DNA of 64,000 nt from Balanoglossus misakiensis. Its lineage: Eukaryota; Animalia; Hemichordata. The stretch lies in NCBI GenBank assembly GCA_040954595.2, contig CM082580.2:3152783-3216782 (forward strand). Reading direction: 5' to 3'. Shown here one piece after another: positions 13,500-27,200 of this stretch (positions are counted from its first letter, which is position 1; every line of letters starts with the position of its first letter). Position numbers and translations under genes: made by a program. The notes beneath the pieces were generated by a model. It did no database searches. It was not told where the DNA came from and was given only the letters and a program-made list of their open reading frames with translations.

Positions 13500-13960
13500 T
13501 ATTCGACTTACTATCTGTATAGTCTAAACCCTGGTCCAGAGGAAGCTTTAGACACTATTCGAGAGATCAGCACTATTATTGTTTGTAATCAAATGCATGC
13601 ATTTTCATTCAGGAGAAGGTGAGGTCAGGGGTGACACTTTTCCAAATCGAGGCCGTATCCTCACGAGCCTCTTTCTTGTTATAAGTTATTCCCACCAACA
13701 GTTACAGTAGATACGTTTAAAGTCTATTCGTACCTAATTTGGACCCAGTAATTAAAAATTAAATATATATATGTAAAGGGCGAGAAAGTTTCCAAAACGT
13801 TGTAAGTTCTTAGGAAATAATATTCGACATAAGGTATTTGAGAACGAGGTTATTCACACCGTTCAATGTGAAGGTGTAATGACAAAATGGCGGACTACTT
13901 TGAGGTGTTCTAATCACTCTTGGCTATTTGCTCAATATTTTGCAATAGTATATCAGGTAA
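13500..13960. promoter_or_regulatory. Putative bidirectional promoter and first non-coding exons of RPP25L (-) and TRRAP (+)
   Basis: YY1-like CAAAATGGCGG at 13883-13893 followed by plus-strand donor cag|gtaac at 13956/13957; minus-strand donor A|GTAAGT at 13512/13511; lies between the divergent genes. Confidence 0.5.
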
Positions 13961-15107
13961 CACGCCAATTCTTACTTTTTGATATGCATTTGTCTATAAT
14001 ATTGACTTTGTTTTTAGTTTTGCATGCATCGGATATTCGTACGAGTGAAAATCACGGATGCTTTTGCATGAATGGATGCATGCAGCTTGGTCGCATTGTC
14101 TCTCTCTAGTACCTCCATGGTCTAAACCAACATGCATGTCATGTTGTCCGAAGTGTCATGTAGCAGACCACAGACCATTTAAAAGTTTAAACAGATATTA
14201 GTTCGGTCATTTCAGTAAGGATCTGTACTCGTATTATTCGGGATCTAACTTACTGTGTCTTTCTCTTAGTATTATTCAATCAGTAATGCTGGTAACTACA
14301 TAAATGAATGGCTTCATGATCATCATATCTTGCGACTGAATGCCATGCAAATTACAACACAATGTATAACAACACATTGCAAGGATTGTAATTTAAATAT
14401 TGAAATGTTCTCAGCGTGTATGTCATTCGAGAATCACGGTTTAGATTGCAGGGTTGGGTAAGCATTGTAACATGGGCAAATTTATGTAGAAATGGCAAAC
14501 CTGTTTTTCCGTATGAGTTTATTTTATGCTGTGTACATATAGATTCACAACATGTATAATCTGGGGAGCTAGATTATTGGATTATTGTCTACATGTAGCT
14601 GCACTACTAGACTGTGGACAGCAAGCACAACCTCGAGCTACAATACAGTCCTGCAGCTATAGCTGTGATAACGCAGGTGTACCGTTGGGCGGGGGTGTAT
14701 GCTGATCCCTCCCCCCCCCCCCCACAGTACAGCTACTGCACTAACTGCAGCTACGGTAGTTTGAATCTAGGGTGTGTTGTACAGGCTGTATCTGTGGTTG
14801 GTAGTTTAAATCATGCACTATGATGAACCTACACCAGCCGAACCTCTGATTATTTCTTGTCCCAGAACTATTTTGTGAAAAAAAAGTCTCTGGTCCGTGT
14901 ACATTTTCCAGGTGATTTTCCCTGGAGTAATTTAAATTCTCTACCTGTGTGATGTTTCTAGAGAGCTAGATAAGGAAGTAACTTACAAACACTCATTGTA
15001 ATGTATGTAGTTTTTAGAATTGACTTGTGATTTGTGTCTATTGTATACTTCCAGGTGCTCCATATACACTGTTCTATGATTGGATTGGATCATCCTAGTT
15101 TGAAACA

Positions 15108-15261
15108 ATGCCTCTTCCACAGCAAGCAGGCATTTCAACTGCAACACCTTCTACCAGTGCTGTAGTTGCTGCAGCTGTGGCCTCTGCAGTCCCCGTTGAC
15201 AGTGCTGCACAGATTACAAAATTCCGCAACTATGCATTAATATTAACTGATCCAAATGCAC
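15108..15261 (+). CDS. TRRAP: TRRAP coding exon 1 (exon begins 15055)
   Basis: ccag acceptor ending 15054, ATG 15108, MPLPQQ...ILTDPNA, donor gtaagt. Confidence 0.85.
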
Positions 15262-18200
15262 GTAAGTACATTTCCACATGCACACTAATCATCCCAGTTA
15301 AACATGTTTATACAGTAACTACAGCTGGTTAAGTTTCCATGATAGAGAAAAGTCTTTCAAGTATGTTCCATATTGAGGAGTCCAATAATTTATATATTTA
15401 TATCTTTAGGAGATACTGGTCCAAGTATACCACAAATTTCAATCTTTTTCCGACAGAAAACAAACTGTCTATGTACCGGTATAGGAGAAAATAACACTCA
15501 GCATGAATTCATATTCAGGTCGTGTACTGTGTGTTCCAAAAAAGGGATAGATTAATCTAAATTTTGGTCATGTAACCTTTGTCTATGGAGTTTTTCAAAC
15601 ATTGCATTCTGTTAACAATCCACAAGAACACGCTGTCGACCATATTCAATGTAAGTCCCCTGGATGTACAGTTTTGATGTTCAAGGGAAGAGTCAGGTAC
15701 ATAAACATGTAAGGTCAGGTAAAGGTCATGAGCAAACAGAAGCAGAATGATGTAAGATATGACAAGGACAGTGAGTCACTCAGTGCATTTGGGTAACATC
15801 ATCCATTTCATCCATTCTTCCATCTTCACCTCAATTTCTTTCTTTTTTGTCTTCTCTCATTCACTTTCATTGCATCGACATCATCCATTTTACCCGCAAG
15901 TCACTGGACAATGATCAGTGCTGATAAGATCTGACTGCTTCTGTTTTCGCATAGCAGTGTTCACCATGTGGTTTTCCAGTTAAATTGTTGACTGATGTAC
16001 ATGTATATAACTAATGTTGTAATTGCAGAGGATGATAGCAGGCTGAAGGCAGCACAAGAAATCAGTGAGAATTTTGAAGTAAGTAGATACACAAAGTATA
16101 ATATTTAGATTTGAAAAAACAAATAGTTTATCACCATATATCCTACATGTTTTTCAACTTTGTGTCTGAGTCACATTTACAATAGGCCTACTGTGGAATA
16201 AAATTTTGTATGCTGATACTGCCCTGTGTATTTTTCTACGGAAAACCGACACTGACGCAGCCATGGGATAGCAATACAAACTGTACTCAAAATGTGTTCA
16301 CAGAAAAACGCTATTTTCGTGCATTGTTCTGTGGTTCATTTGAATACTGGATTTCTGCCATTGTTAAAGGTATACGGTCACCTATGGAAAATTAGCTATA
16401 GTTACCATGGCAGATTGAGATCTAGCCAATCACAGCTTTTCAGTGGGTGGCGCACGCTCAAATACAGGTACACCATTTCAGCCATATATGGGCATATGTA
16501 AATTGGAAGTGACTGTATACCTTAAGACGACTCTATGTAATGCCATCAGTATCTTAACCTCACTACTGTAGGTTTATTTTGTAGGAAAAAATTGCTTTTG
16601 CAGATAACCAAAAATATTGACATGCTATTTTTCAGTCTTATTATATATTCACTATTTTGTTTATGTTTGACATTCCACAGACAATAGTGTCTTCACCTCA
16701 CTACCAAGCCTTCTTGGAGCATGCCATACCCAGATTTCTCAAAGTCTTGCAAGATGAAGAACCACAGTTTATCACTGAAACAAGTTCACAGGTTGCTAAC
16801 TTTTCCAAACATCTGGTGATTCATCGTGTGGGTTCACCATTTGTTGTAGTATAATCTTTCTCTATCTGCCAGATCAGTGTATAAAAGTGCTTGATGAGAC
16901 AGCTTTGCAAGATGACATTCTTTCTTTTTTTCATCAAGCATAGCAATCTTGATCGAGGCATTGTTGAATTTTGAGATTTCAATATCATTGGACCACACTG
17001 TTGTGTCCTGAATTATAAAGGCAGAATTCGTAATTTTAGTTGCAATCCACCCTGACTTTAACTCTTATCAAACCCCCAATGATACTGAACCTCTGACCTT
17101 TGATTTTCATGCATTGCTCTGTTGTTTATTTGAATACTGGATTTCCACATGTGTAATGACGGCCGTATGTAATTTCATTAGTATCATTACCTCGCTAGGT
17201 TTAATTTTTAGAAAAAAATTGCTTTTGCAAAGAATACATCACCCCATAATGCAATAGAGATTATGCAAATTTATGTGTACAATTAGCTTTATGTTCAACA
17301 AGACAAACGTTTTCATTTTTTGTGTTTTTTCTTAGAGAGCATACTTGTTTTTACCAAAAAAGGCAGAATTTAAAACTTAACCCTTTCACCACCATGATTC
17401 AGTCCGAACAGGGAACTGGGGTGGAAGGGCAGGCTTGTTTAAAAAACCCTACACATAAATGCACTTACTGCTCTGCGACTCAGATTTTTCACTTTGCAGA
17501 TATTACCAGGTAGCTCAATATTTTTACAATGAGTGTCCAATTTTAAATATATCCTTTCATTTATTATCACTAGCAACTGAGAAAGTTACTTCTGGAGATC
17601 ATACATCGGATTCCCACCAATGATCACCTCAAACAGTACATCAAGGATATTCTACAGCTCATGTTTCGTTTGTTGGAGAGGGAGAATGAAGATAATGTAC
17701 TGGTTTGTCTCAGAATTATCATTGAACTTCACAAACAATTCAGACCACAGATTTCAGCAGAGGTAAGTCAATTAACGGGTAGTCATTGAATACAAACAAC
17801 ATGTTACTCTTTAGTCATGCCAAGCTGGTGGTACTGATTTTCAGTCTATTATTTGTATGACAGTGTTTCCGATAACATTAAAACTTGCATCCCAAATGCA
17901 AATTGTTGTCTCTATATGCAAAATAAAAATGGCTTGCATACGCATGTATGTATACTTCTGTCTCTGAACATAAAATTAAATTCATTCACGTAGTTATTGT
18001 ACGCATTTCAACACAAGCAAGGTCATTCAAGTTTTGCGGTCACCCTGTAATTACAGAGTGACTGCAAAAATTGTCAATGCTATAAATAGTAAGGAAATTG
18101 ACGTCAAAAGACGCTTGATTTTATTGTGAAGCTAGCAAAAACCACACCATCACATGCTAACAATAATGTTGCTGGACTCAGAGGGGGGGGGGGGGGGGTT

Positions 18201-21200
18201 TCGTGTTGGTTATGAGGTCTCTGTATGCAACTTTTTTTATTCTCTACGCAATTTTCTACAGCTTATGCATATAGTGTATGTCACGCTAGAAAAAATGGAA
18301 ACACTATGAAATCATAAAATGTTTGTCATACATGTAAATAGTAGTTCACCTATTGACTGTGAGGATTGTGAAAGTGGTTACTTCAATCTTGACTTGTATT
18401 TCCTTAATAGATTCAGCAGTTCCTACAGTTTGTCAAGAACATCTACAAAGACTTAGCCCACAACATGGTAAGTCTAGGTGATAATAGACATCCATAATTT
18501 CTAAGGTCATTCCTTTGTTCTTTTTCTCTCAGAAGATAAACACATGTTGAACCTATACATGTGATCTCTTGTCAATGGACACGTCTTTGACATTCATTCT
18601 TTGATGGTTGAAGTCTGAGCCCGGGTCTGATATTATTTGGCTTGTCATTTAAGTGCACACTACTGTAAAACAGGTTATTTTTGCGATATCAAAAGAGGCA
18701 ATAGTTACTTTAGGATTAATTTTTGCGTTCTCGTAGTCGTATTTCACTAACTGCATCGTTATCTCCGAAAAACATTTTACCTGACTCTGTATGTTCACGT
18801 TTTTTTGGATCTCGCTTTTTTCGGGAAACTTTATTTCTCGCAAAAATAACCCGTTTTACACTATCTACTTCCTGTAACTCTTCAACAGAAAAGTTTTGAA
18901 GTGCAGACTGGTGCTGCTCCTCCAGATCCCAGTCATGTGGGCTCACCAGGATTTGCCAGTACCACAACATACACAACAACGACTCCAGATGGACAGAAAC
19001 AACAGGTAAGTGATAGGAGAAATTATCCATGGCCCAGTGCGAGAGGGGTGTAACTCGTGTAGCGTTCTTCTTGCACCGAGTCATCGTTATATGCCTGATC
19101 ATTTGTCAATCAAACCATCAATCATAACATCAGATTATTTGCTGGTCAAGGTTAACAACCAGCTTGTCATATCAAAACCTAAAGTACTTTCTCACTACTT
19201 CACGTTGCGACAAGAATATCAATCAAACAATTTTGGAATGTACCCTGATGTATCAACAGCACGAACAAAACACAAGATGTTTTTTTTATTACAAAAAAAG
19301 TAACTTTCTTTAAAGCTCTTGTTTTTCATTGTAAAAGTAAGTAACAAGGTGATGAATATGCAAATGCTGACATAATTTGAAAGTTTGATACCTTCCCAAT
19401 CCTGATTTCGAGAGAGATATGATCTTGGTTTCTTCGTTTCATGTTTATATATTGGCAGTAATCTGTTGTATCTTTTTTTTACATATAGCAAACCATCATA
19501 CCTAAGGGGGTGAACTCACTGAAAGTCTTAGGAGAATTACCAATCATTGTGGTGCTGATGTATCAACTGTACAAACAGAATGTACACAATGTTGTAGCTG
19601 AGTTTATACCACTCATCATGAACACCATAGTACTACAGCCATCACAACAAGCAAGGTACGTGGATTTGAGAGCTAGAGGGGGGGGGGAGGATGCTGATGA
19701 TGAGTGTATAGAGTGTGGTGTCATTAGGCAATAGAGGGGATCTGTAGGCTAGGCAGGCAATAATAATAATAATTTATTTCTAAAGTGTCAGTATCCACAA
19801 AAATGTTATCGAGTGTACAAGTTCCAGCTTACCCTTCCTTTGAATATGAGGGCTCAAACTTCTAAGTCAGACTTAGTGTTGTTTGTTACATGTACACTGA
19901 AGAGAATGCATTTCAAACGAGGTACCCTTCATTGTGGCCATTCTACCCTTGCACAATGTACAAAACATCAACAAAACTTGGAACACGGTGTAGGGCTTGC
20001 ATTGACTAAAGTTAAACTGCACACCAGCTCCGGTTGTTGGGGTGGTAACACTGTCACAAATCTAAGCCCTCCCAGCTCAGAGTGAACCATTCAGATATGT
20101 TTTGTTTTATGCCAGTCTCTTGCCTAGAGTGCTTCAAAATGACCAAGACAGTATCTTAATGGGCTGTGCCTGAACACAATTGTGATGTGTAATTGTAAGC
20201 TTTGTAAAATGCAGGCATCTGTACATTTGTTTTGCTTTTTCTGCAGAGCCTCCCCTAACTTCAACAAGGAAATGTATGTCGACTTCATTGCTGCACAAAT
20301 CAAGACATTGTCTTTTCTAGCTTACATTATAAGAATTTATCAGGTGAGTTTGAGCATTTCTTCCATCTTAAAGTGACTGTGTCATCCCCAAACTAAGTCG
20401 CCTCTACGCTGACTTAGCATGTCCACATTGTTGTTTTTTTACACCGCCCCAGACCAAGCACCCGTACTACACCGCCGTAAACTGTCTGGTGTGAACCCCC
20501 TTATACACGCCTTTCTTGTTTAGACCAGCAGTCAACCTTGTACTTGTCCACCACCAAAGACAAAGACAGTCAATAGTCATGTACAGATACAATACATGAC
20601 AACTAACCAAAAGCTTAGCATAATGGTAAAACAAGATGTAGAAATAATGTTCAATTCATTTCTATGTTGCAGTTTCAGCACATACCCACTGTACATAAGT
20701 GCACATATACAATGTACTTTCATTTACTGTACTTCAGTAGAAATGCCAGCTTTCTCACCAAACATTTGAAAGATCAACTTTCTCTTATTCTTTCAAAGAA
20801 CAAACTTGCCTTCACCCTTAGACTAAAATATGCAAGGATCCAGCATACTATACGGTATCAAGAAGCATGTTCTACTCCATGAAATTGTGCCACTCATTTC
20901 TATAGGAGTGTTGTTTTTGTTAATCATGTATCACAGCCATTAATTAATGCCTGCTATGAAAACCTACTTTTTATTACTTCAGGAACTGGTGACTTCTTAC
21001 TCGCAACAGATGGTGAAAGGCATGCTGGGATTGTTCACTTACTGTCCACAGGAAGTGGCTCATTTGAGGAAAGAACTGTTGATTGCAGCCAGACACATCC
21101 TGGCAACTGATCTCAGAAACAGTAAGTGGGAACACTACATTGATTATTATTTGACAGGATGGCACTCTGAAAGGTGTTCACAAAAGATACCGTACTTGCC

Positions 21201-24200
21201 CGGTTAAGAACCCCTGCTCGGACAAACGCCCCCCCTGGTTTTAGGGCCCATTTGAAGATCGAGGTCATATCCGGTCTAAAGCCCCCCCCCCCCAGCCGAA
21301 TATCCATTAAATTCTTGGAAATTTAATAAAGTGCAATGCAAAAAAGGCAGATTTTCATCCCCAAAGTCACTAAAAGTGAAAAAAAAATGTATGATGATTT
21401 ACTTTCGCGCTGATTATCGTACCCATGCACCGCGGCCGACTGGCCACGTTGAGTTATATATAGCCGCTCTAGAAAACATGACCTCAGACAGGTCCCTCGG
21501 GACCGTGCGTCGAATTCAACGATCACGTAGATGGACGCGCTGCCGCGTGTGAGGTCACCGGGGAGCTTTCCAAAGCGGCCGCGTGGAGCTGCTTCAGTCC
21601 GTCCTCGACGCGAAACACCCAACATTGGAAGATCCCGACTTGCACTCGGAGAATGAACCACTCAAAAATTCCGGTAGAGAAAGGCATGATTGCCACGATT
21701 AAGATAGATGTATTTACGTGCGTCCGTCCGTCGACGTCTAAGTATTCAATGCATGTGTGGGATCGACCATTTACCAATGTCCCGGTTAAACGGGATGTTT
21801 TGTCTGCGCCCATGGTGTCCCGATTAAACGGCGGCGACTGTAATATGTTTTCTGTATTTGATTTATGGGTAAAAAACTTTTTATTAATTAATAAATACAT
21901 TGTTTGACCGTGAAATGTTTGGCCATGTTATTTGCATCGATGCATCATTCTTCACCCCTTCCTCGTGTCCCTAGGCCCTCATTTGCATAAATGTCGAGGT
22001 TGCGTCCGGGCTAAAGCCCCCCCCTGTTTTTTCGCTAATCTATGGGCCCAGCACCCGGGGCTCTTACCCGGGCAAGTACGGTACTTGCTATTGATATTGT
22101 ATTTCATTCACTTGTCCTTACATCTCGACTTGCCATTACCTTTTAGCGTTCAGTAGTTGAGCTAATCACTTCTCAACTCATAGTAGACAATAAACAAGTG
22201 TGTAAATTACTGGAACACACTTTATTTTCGCGAGTTGAAATTTTCGTGATATCGAGAGAGGCCACTGTTTGCGTTCACTTATTTCATTCACTGCATCGTT
22301 ATCTTAAAAAAAAATTACGCGACTTTTTATTTTCACGCTAATTTGGCACTCGCGTCTTTTCCGAAAATTTATTGCTCGCGAAAATAATGTGTTTTACAGT
22401 AGTTCTTCACACAGTGTGTTGAACAAATGTTACAAATCAGGGGTGATATCTAAACTGTAGAATTCAGTAAATGTCACATTGGCAATTGTAGCCTTAATTG
22501 TCATCTGATGTATTGTATTTGTCTCTTTCTGTCGACAGAATTTGTACCCCATATTGATAAACTATTTGATGAAAATATTTTGATTGGCAGTGGATGGACT
22601 TGCAAAGAGTCACTCAGGTACGTATTTGATGTAATGCGATAATGTCATTGTCATACATATAATGAAGCATGTTATTGCAGGTGAAAAGAATCAGCCATCA
22701 TGTGATTTCAATGTTTAGCCTTCTGTAACGTCTTCATTGTTGATGTACAGAACAGGAAAGTTTTCAAGTCTTTTCGTATATCCCGTGAAAATTAACTTCT
22801 TACTATAGGAAAGCAATGAAAAGCATGTATTAAAAAAATCTGTGAGTTTAGATGTGACATTTTAAAAATCTTTGTGTGTTTTTTTACAGACCCCTTGCAT
22901 ACAGCACTCTGGCTGATTTAGTTCATCACGTCCGACAACAATTGCCTCTGGGTGATTTATCTTTAGCTGTTCATCTGTTCTCCAAGAATGTTCATGATGA
23001 ATCTCTGCCATGTAGCATACAAACTATGTCGTGTAAATTGCTACTCAATTTGGTGGAATGTATCAGACAGAAGAGTGATCAAGACAAAGGAAATGTGAGT
23101 ATTGAAATATTACAAGCAAATGCAAAATGTTGCCTATTGTGGGGATTCACTTACAGTCTTTCTTTTACTGTGATGACAAGACAGCATGACACGCCAAAGT
23201 ACATGTTTACTATTTCCCACTACTGGGAAATGTTATATGACATTCAAATTACCACATATGTTATTTGATATAGAAAATAATATTTTTTTAATAATAATAA
23301 TATTAAAAAAATGATTTGGAGTCAGTCCACAGTCCCATCGGCATTGTTTGTTTCAACTCATAACTCTGAATCAATTGGTCATTGCATGCCTACATCCATT
23401 GGTACCATAATATCAATAACAGGGGTACTGGTGTAACATTGGAATTTACTGTAAAACACTTTATTTTCGTGAGCAATACATTTTTACGAAATACACGAGA
23501 GCCAAAATAGCGTGAAAATAAAAAGTCGCCTAATTGTTTTTGAAGATAACGATGCAGTGAATGAAATAAGAGAACACGAAAATTAATACTCGCAAAACAG
23601 TGGCCTCTCTCGATTTCACGAAAATTTTAACTCGCGAAAATAAAGTGTTTTACAGTATGTTCACATTTTTGCTCTGTGTATCAACTGCAATTTCTTGTTA
23701 TACTCCTAATGCAGGTTGACAAAAAATCCTTTCCTTATAAACTTTTGTGTGTACTGGTTAGTGTCTTATTGCATTTGAAAATTGAATTCCAATGCTTTAA
23801 TCATCCCAGCGAAAATAAATCCCAGCGAAAATAAAATATTCCACAGTATATTATCACTGTAAGATTGTTCTGTCAAAGCGAAGCTCATACATGTAACCAT
23901 GGCAATGAGTGTTACATAACCATAACCATAAGGACTACTTTTCATAAACATTTTTTTTAATTGCATGTTCATGTTTTCTGCACTAATCATAAAATCATGC
24001 TGATTGGGACCTGTGTACCGTGCCTGGGTACCAACATTTCTATTTTTTAGCAGGGCAGAGAGATTCTGATGCGAATGTTGGAAGTGTTTGTTCTTAAATT
24101 TCACACCATTGCAAAGCGACAACTGCCGGTTATATTCCAGAAATGGTAAGTGATGTTTTGTTTTGTTTTGTTTGTGTGTGTGTGTGTGTGAGTGTGTGTG

Positions 24201-27200
24201 TGTGTGTGCGTGCGTGCGTATTGGTGTGTGCATGTGTGCATATGCGTGTTTAAAGTACAAAAAATACTTTTACAGAGAATTTTAATCGGTTGGAAGATCA
24301 TACACTCCTAACCCTGCAATTTCCTCCTCATATTTTCTTCTGCATGTAAGATAAAGACAAGTAGCCTCCATTGTAGGACTGACCGACTGACTGACTTGTA
24401 ACAAAGTACAGGAGTTACAGAAAAGAGAGGGGAAAGAATTGTAACATTTCATCAACATAAAGCTTGATATATGTCAGTTTGGAAAAGGGTGTATTTGGAC
24501 ATTTCATGAATTCAGATTGCAGTTTGCAAGCCATTTTATCTTTAGAGTTAATACTGGCCTATGGTCACTCTGGTGCATTCCACGAATATAAAGAAACATT
24601 ATTTTAATTTTATGCAAAATAATATGCAAACGATATGCTAATATTATGCAAATTATCCACCCCTGTTAATTTCAAAGCCTGGAGAACCCTGTAACATGTT
24701 GGGACAGACTTGGTGCCATTGTCAGAGTTGATTGTTGACTTTGTCATATCTTGTGTCTTTCAGTCGACAGCAACAAGAAACTCATCATCAAAGTGACAAA
24801 GTGTCAGCACTTGCAGCAGCAGTGGTTGCTGCAGCATATAGTACGACAGCGCCACCAACCCCAGCGGCGTTATCAACACCATCTACTCCCCTCACCACAG
24901 TCCCTCCGACTCCCTCCACACCCTTGCTGACAGTGCCCCCCACTGCATTCCCACCGACTCCAGCGCCACCACCCACTCCTGGTCCGTCGGAGAAAGACAA
25001 GGAAAAGGATGAGAACAAGACAAAGAGTTATCTGCCCTCCAGTTCAACCCAGTACAACAACTATTCTGTGTCTGACTGTCGTAGTCTTGTCAAAACTTTG
25101 GTGTGTGGTGTTAAAACTATCACTTGGGGAGTTGGAACGTGCAAGGCACCTGGAGGTAAGCGGTTAAGCAGTCCATAGTCTGCGAATTTTGTCATAAAAA
25201 TTAATACATGACTGTACGTTTATTGTGGGAATGATTTGAAAGTGCATACTGGTTAAGAGACATCAAGGTTTCATTCATGTACAGACACAATGCATTTAGT
25301 TATTTCAGTGGATATATATTTTTATTTTAGAAAACTTCTTATCAATAAATTAATAGTCTTTTCTTCTTACTTAACAATGATTTCGTGTTGAATTTCAGAT
25401 GCAACTTATGTGCAGAATAAGCAATTCCAACCCAAAGAGACAGCGGTCTTTGTAAAGTTGGTCAAGTATGGTAAGTGATGAAGAAATTGTTCCTTAAAGG
25501 GCAACGATCGTCATTTGTGTGTAATTTCTTCCATACAAATATTACGTCCAATCCAAATGTTCGGCACATTCAAATAGTGGACTGCTTTCGCTTCCTTCCA
25601 TATTTCATGCGCACCGTATAAGTAGGCTTTATTTTTTCCCCCTTCTTTTCACCCAATTTGCTGTCTTTTCCTGATCTCCAACACAGACTGTGGTCGTCGC
25701 CATCTTGTCTGTTATTCGGACACCACACCACCTGTAAATAATGGAATGTCATGCATTGATCAATTACTCTAGTATAGTTTGGCTTATGGATTCAGATTCT
25801 TGATAAATTCAACTGATTCATATACATGTATGTGGTTGCTTCCATCAGCAATGCAAGCTCTGGATATCTACCAGGTGACAGTATCACCAAATGGCACTAG
25901 TTTAATTAGGCCTGCAAATTGTCAGACAGTGCGACTTAAAGAAGAAAAAGAAGTCTTGGAACACTTTGCTGGTGTGGTGAGTGTAATCGTAGTGTTTTTT
26001 CATGTGCAAAATAATCAGTAACCAAGCTGTGTAGGAACCAGTTTAACATACAGATTGGTTTCATCTGATGCATTCAGGGAATCGCTCTACAGTTGCATCA
26101 AAATCATACCCCTCAGTAATCTATTGAAGTCTGGCAGGGATGTAGAAAATTTGGTTACAGATAACAAATAAGTTGTTACACATACAAATAGCATGTGAGC
26201 AAACTACATTATACCATTGGTGTTTTTTCATAAAACTTACAATTTTCACAGTCAGCAATTTTTTCCTGTCAGTCGGTTGTGTTTGCCAATTGTAAAACTA
26301 TTTTATACATCCCTGGTCTCGATGAAATGTTTACAAATCGACAAATCTTACTATCACTGCAATACCTGTATTGATTTCTCACTGTCTTTGTGTATAACCT
26401 TTCTTTCAGTTCACAATGATGCATCCACTGACTTTCAAGGAAATCTTTGCCACAACCATCGACTTTGTAGTGGAGAGAATCTACAATAATTATGCATTGC
26501 AGATTGTAGCCAATTCTTTCTTGGCCAATCCCACTACGTCTGCAACTTTCGCTACAATATTAGTGGAGTATCTCTTGGACAGACTTGAAGAGATGGGAAG
26601 TAAGTGTTTGCTTTGTGTTGAATATCTGCTGTAGTTTCCTTTCAGGCAGTGAATATAGTCGTCAGTCACACACATCTATATTAAAAGCCATAATAGTTTT
26701 GGAAAAACGATTTCACCTAATAGTGAACTTTACATACTCAAATTTCTATATAGTGGTGGTATGTTATTGTTCCCCATGTTTTATTTTTGAAGATTTTGAC
26801 TGAAAAATAGAATGATGCAGGTAACATGCAACAGTACTTTAACTGAAAGTCATTGACATGTTTATTTTTTTTCACCTTCAGCCAATATGGAAAGATCTAA
26901 TCTGTACTTGAAACTGTTCAAGTTAGTCTTTGGATCAGTGTCTCTCTTTGCTGCAGAAAATGAACAAATGCTGAAGGTAGGACTTTTAAAATAGCTATTG
27001 AATGTCATCTGTCTGTCAAAATGATACCACAAATTAGCTTTTATCATAAACTTGGCCGTTACCTAAAACATTGGTCTGATATCTTGTCCTCAAGCATGCT
27101 GAATTGTTCTAATACATGTACTAGATTCATTGATAGACCAACATGCTTGCATGACAATCGTTCTGTCATTTTGATGATGTTGTAAAACATTCAGTTGCTA

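Noticed and set aside
17861-18306. hAT-like element (cagtgtttcc ... ggaaacacta)
   Set aside because: Only about 9 bp of terminal match and no matching 8-bp flanks; too weak to call.
23766-24301. His/Thr-repeat ORFs on the minus strand
   Set aside because: Artefacts of the (TG)n microsatellite and the antisense of exon 12.
24764-25030. Pro/Thr/Ala-rich segment in TRRAP as a novel insertion
   Set aside because: Animal TRRAP proteins have a proline-rich low-complexity stretch at this position, just before the [14 protein letters not shown] motif.
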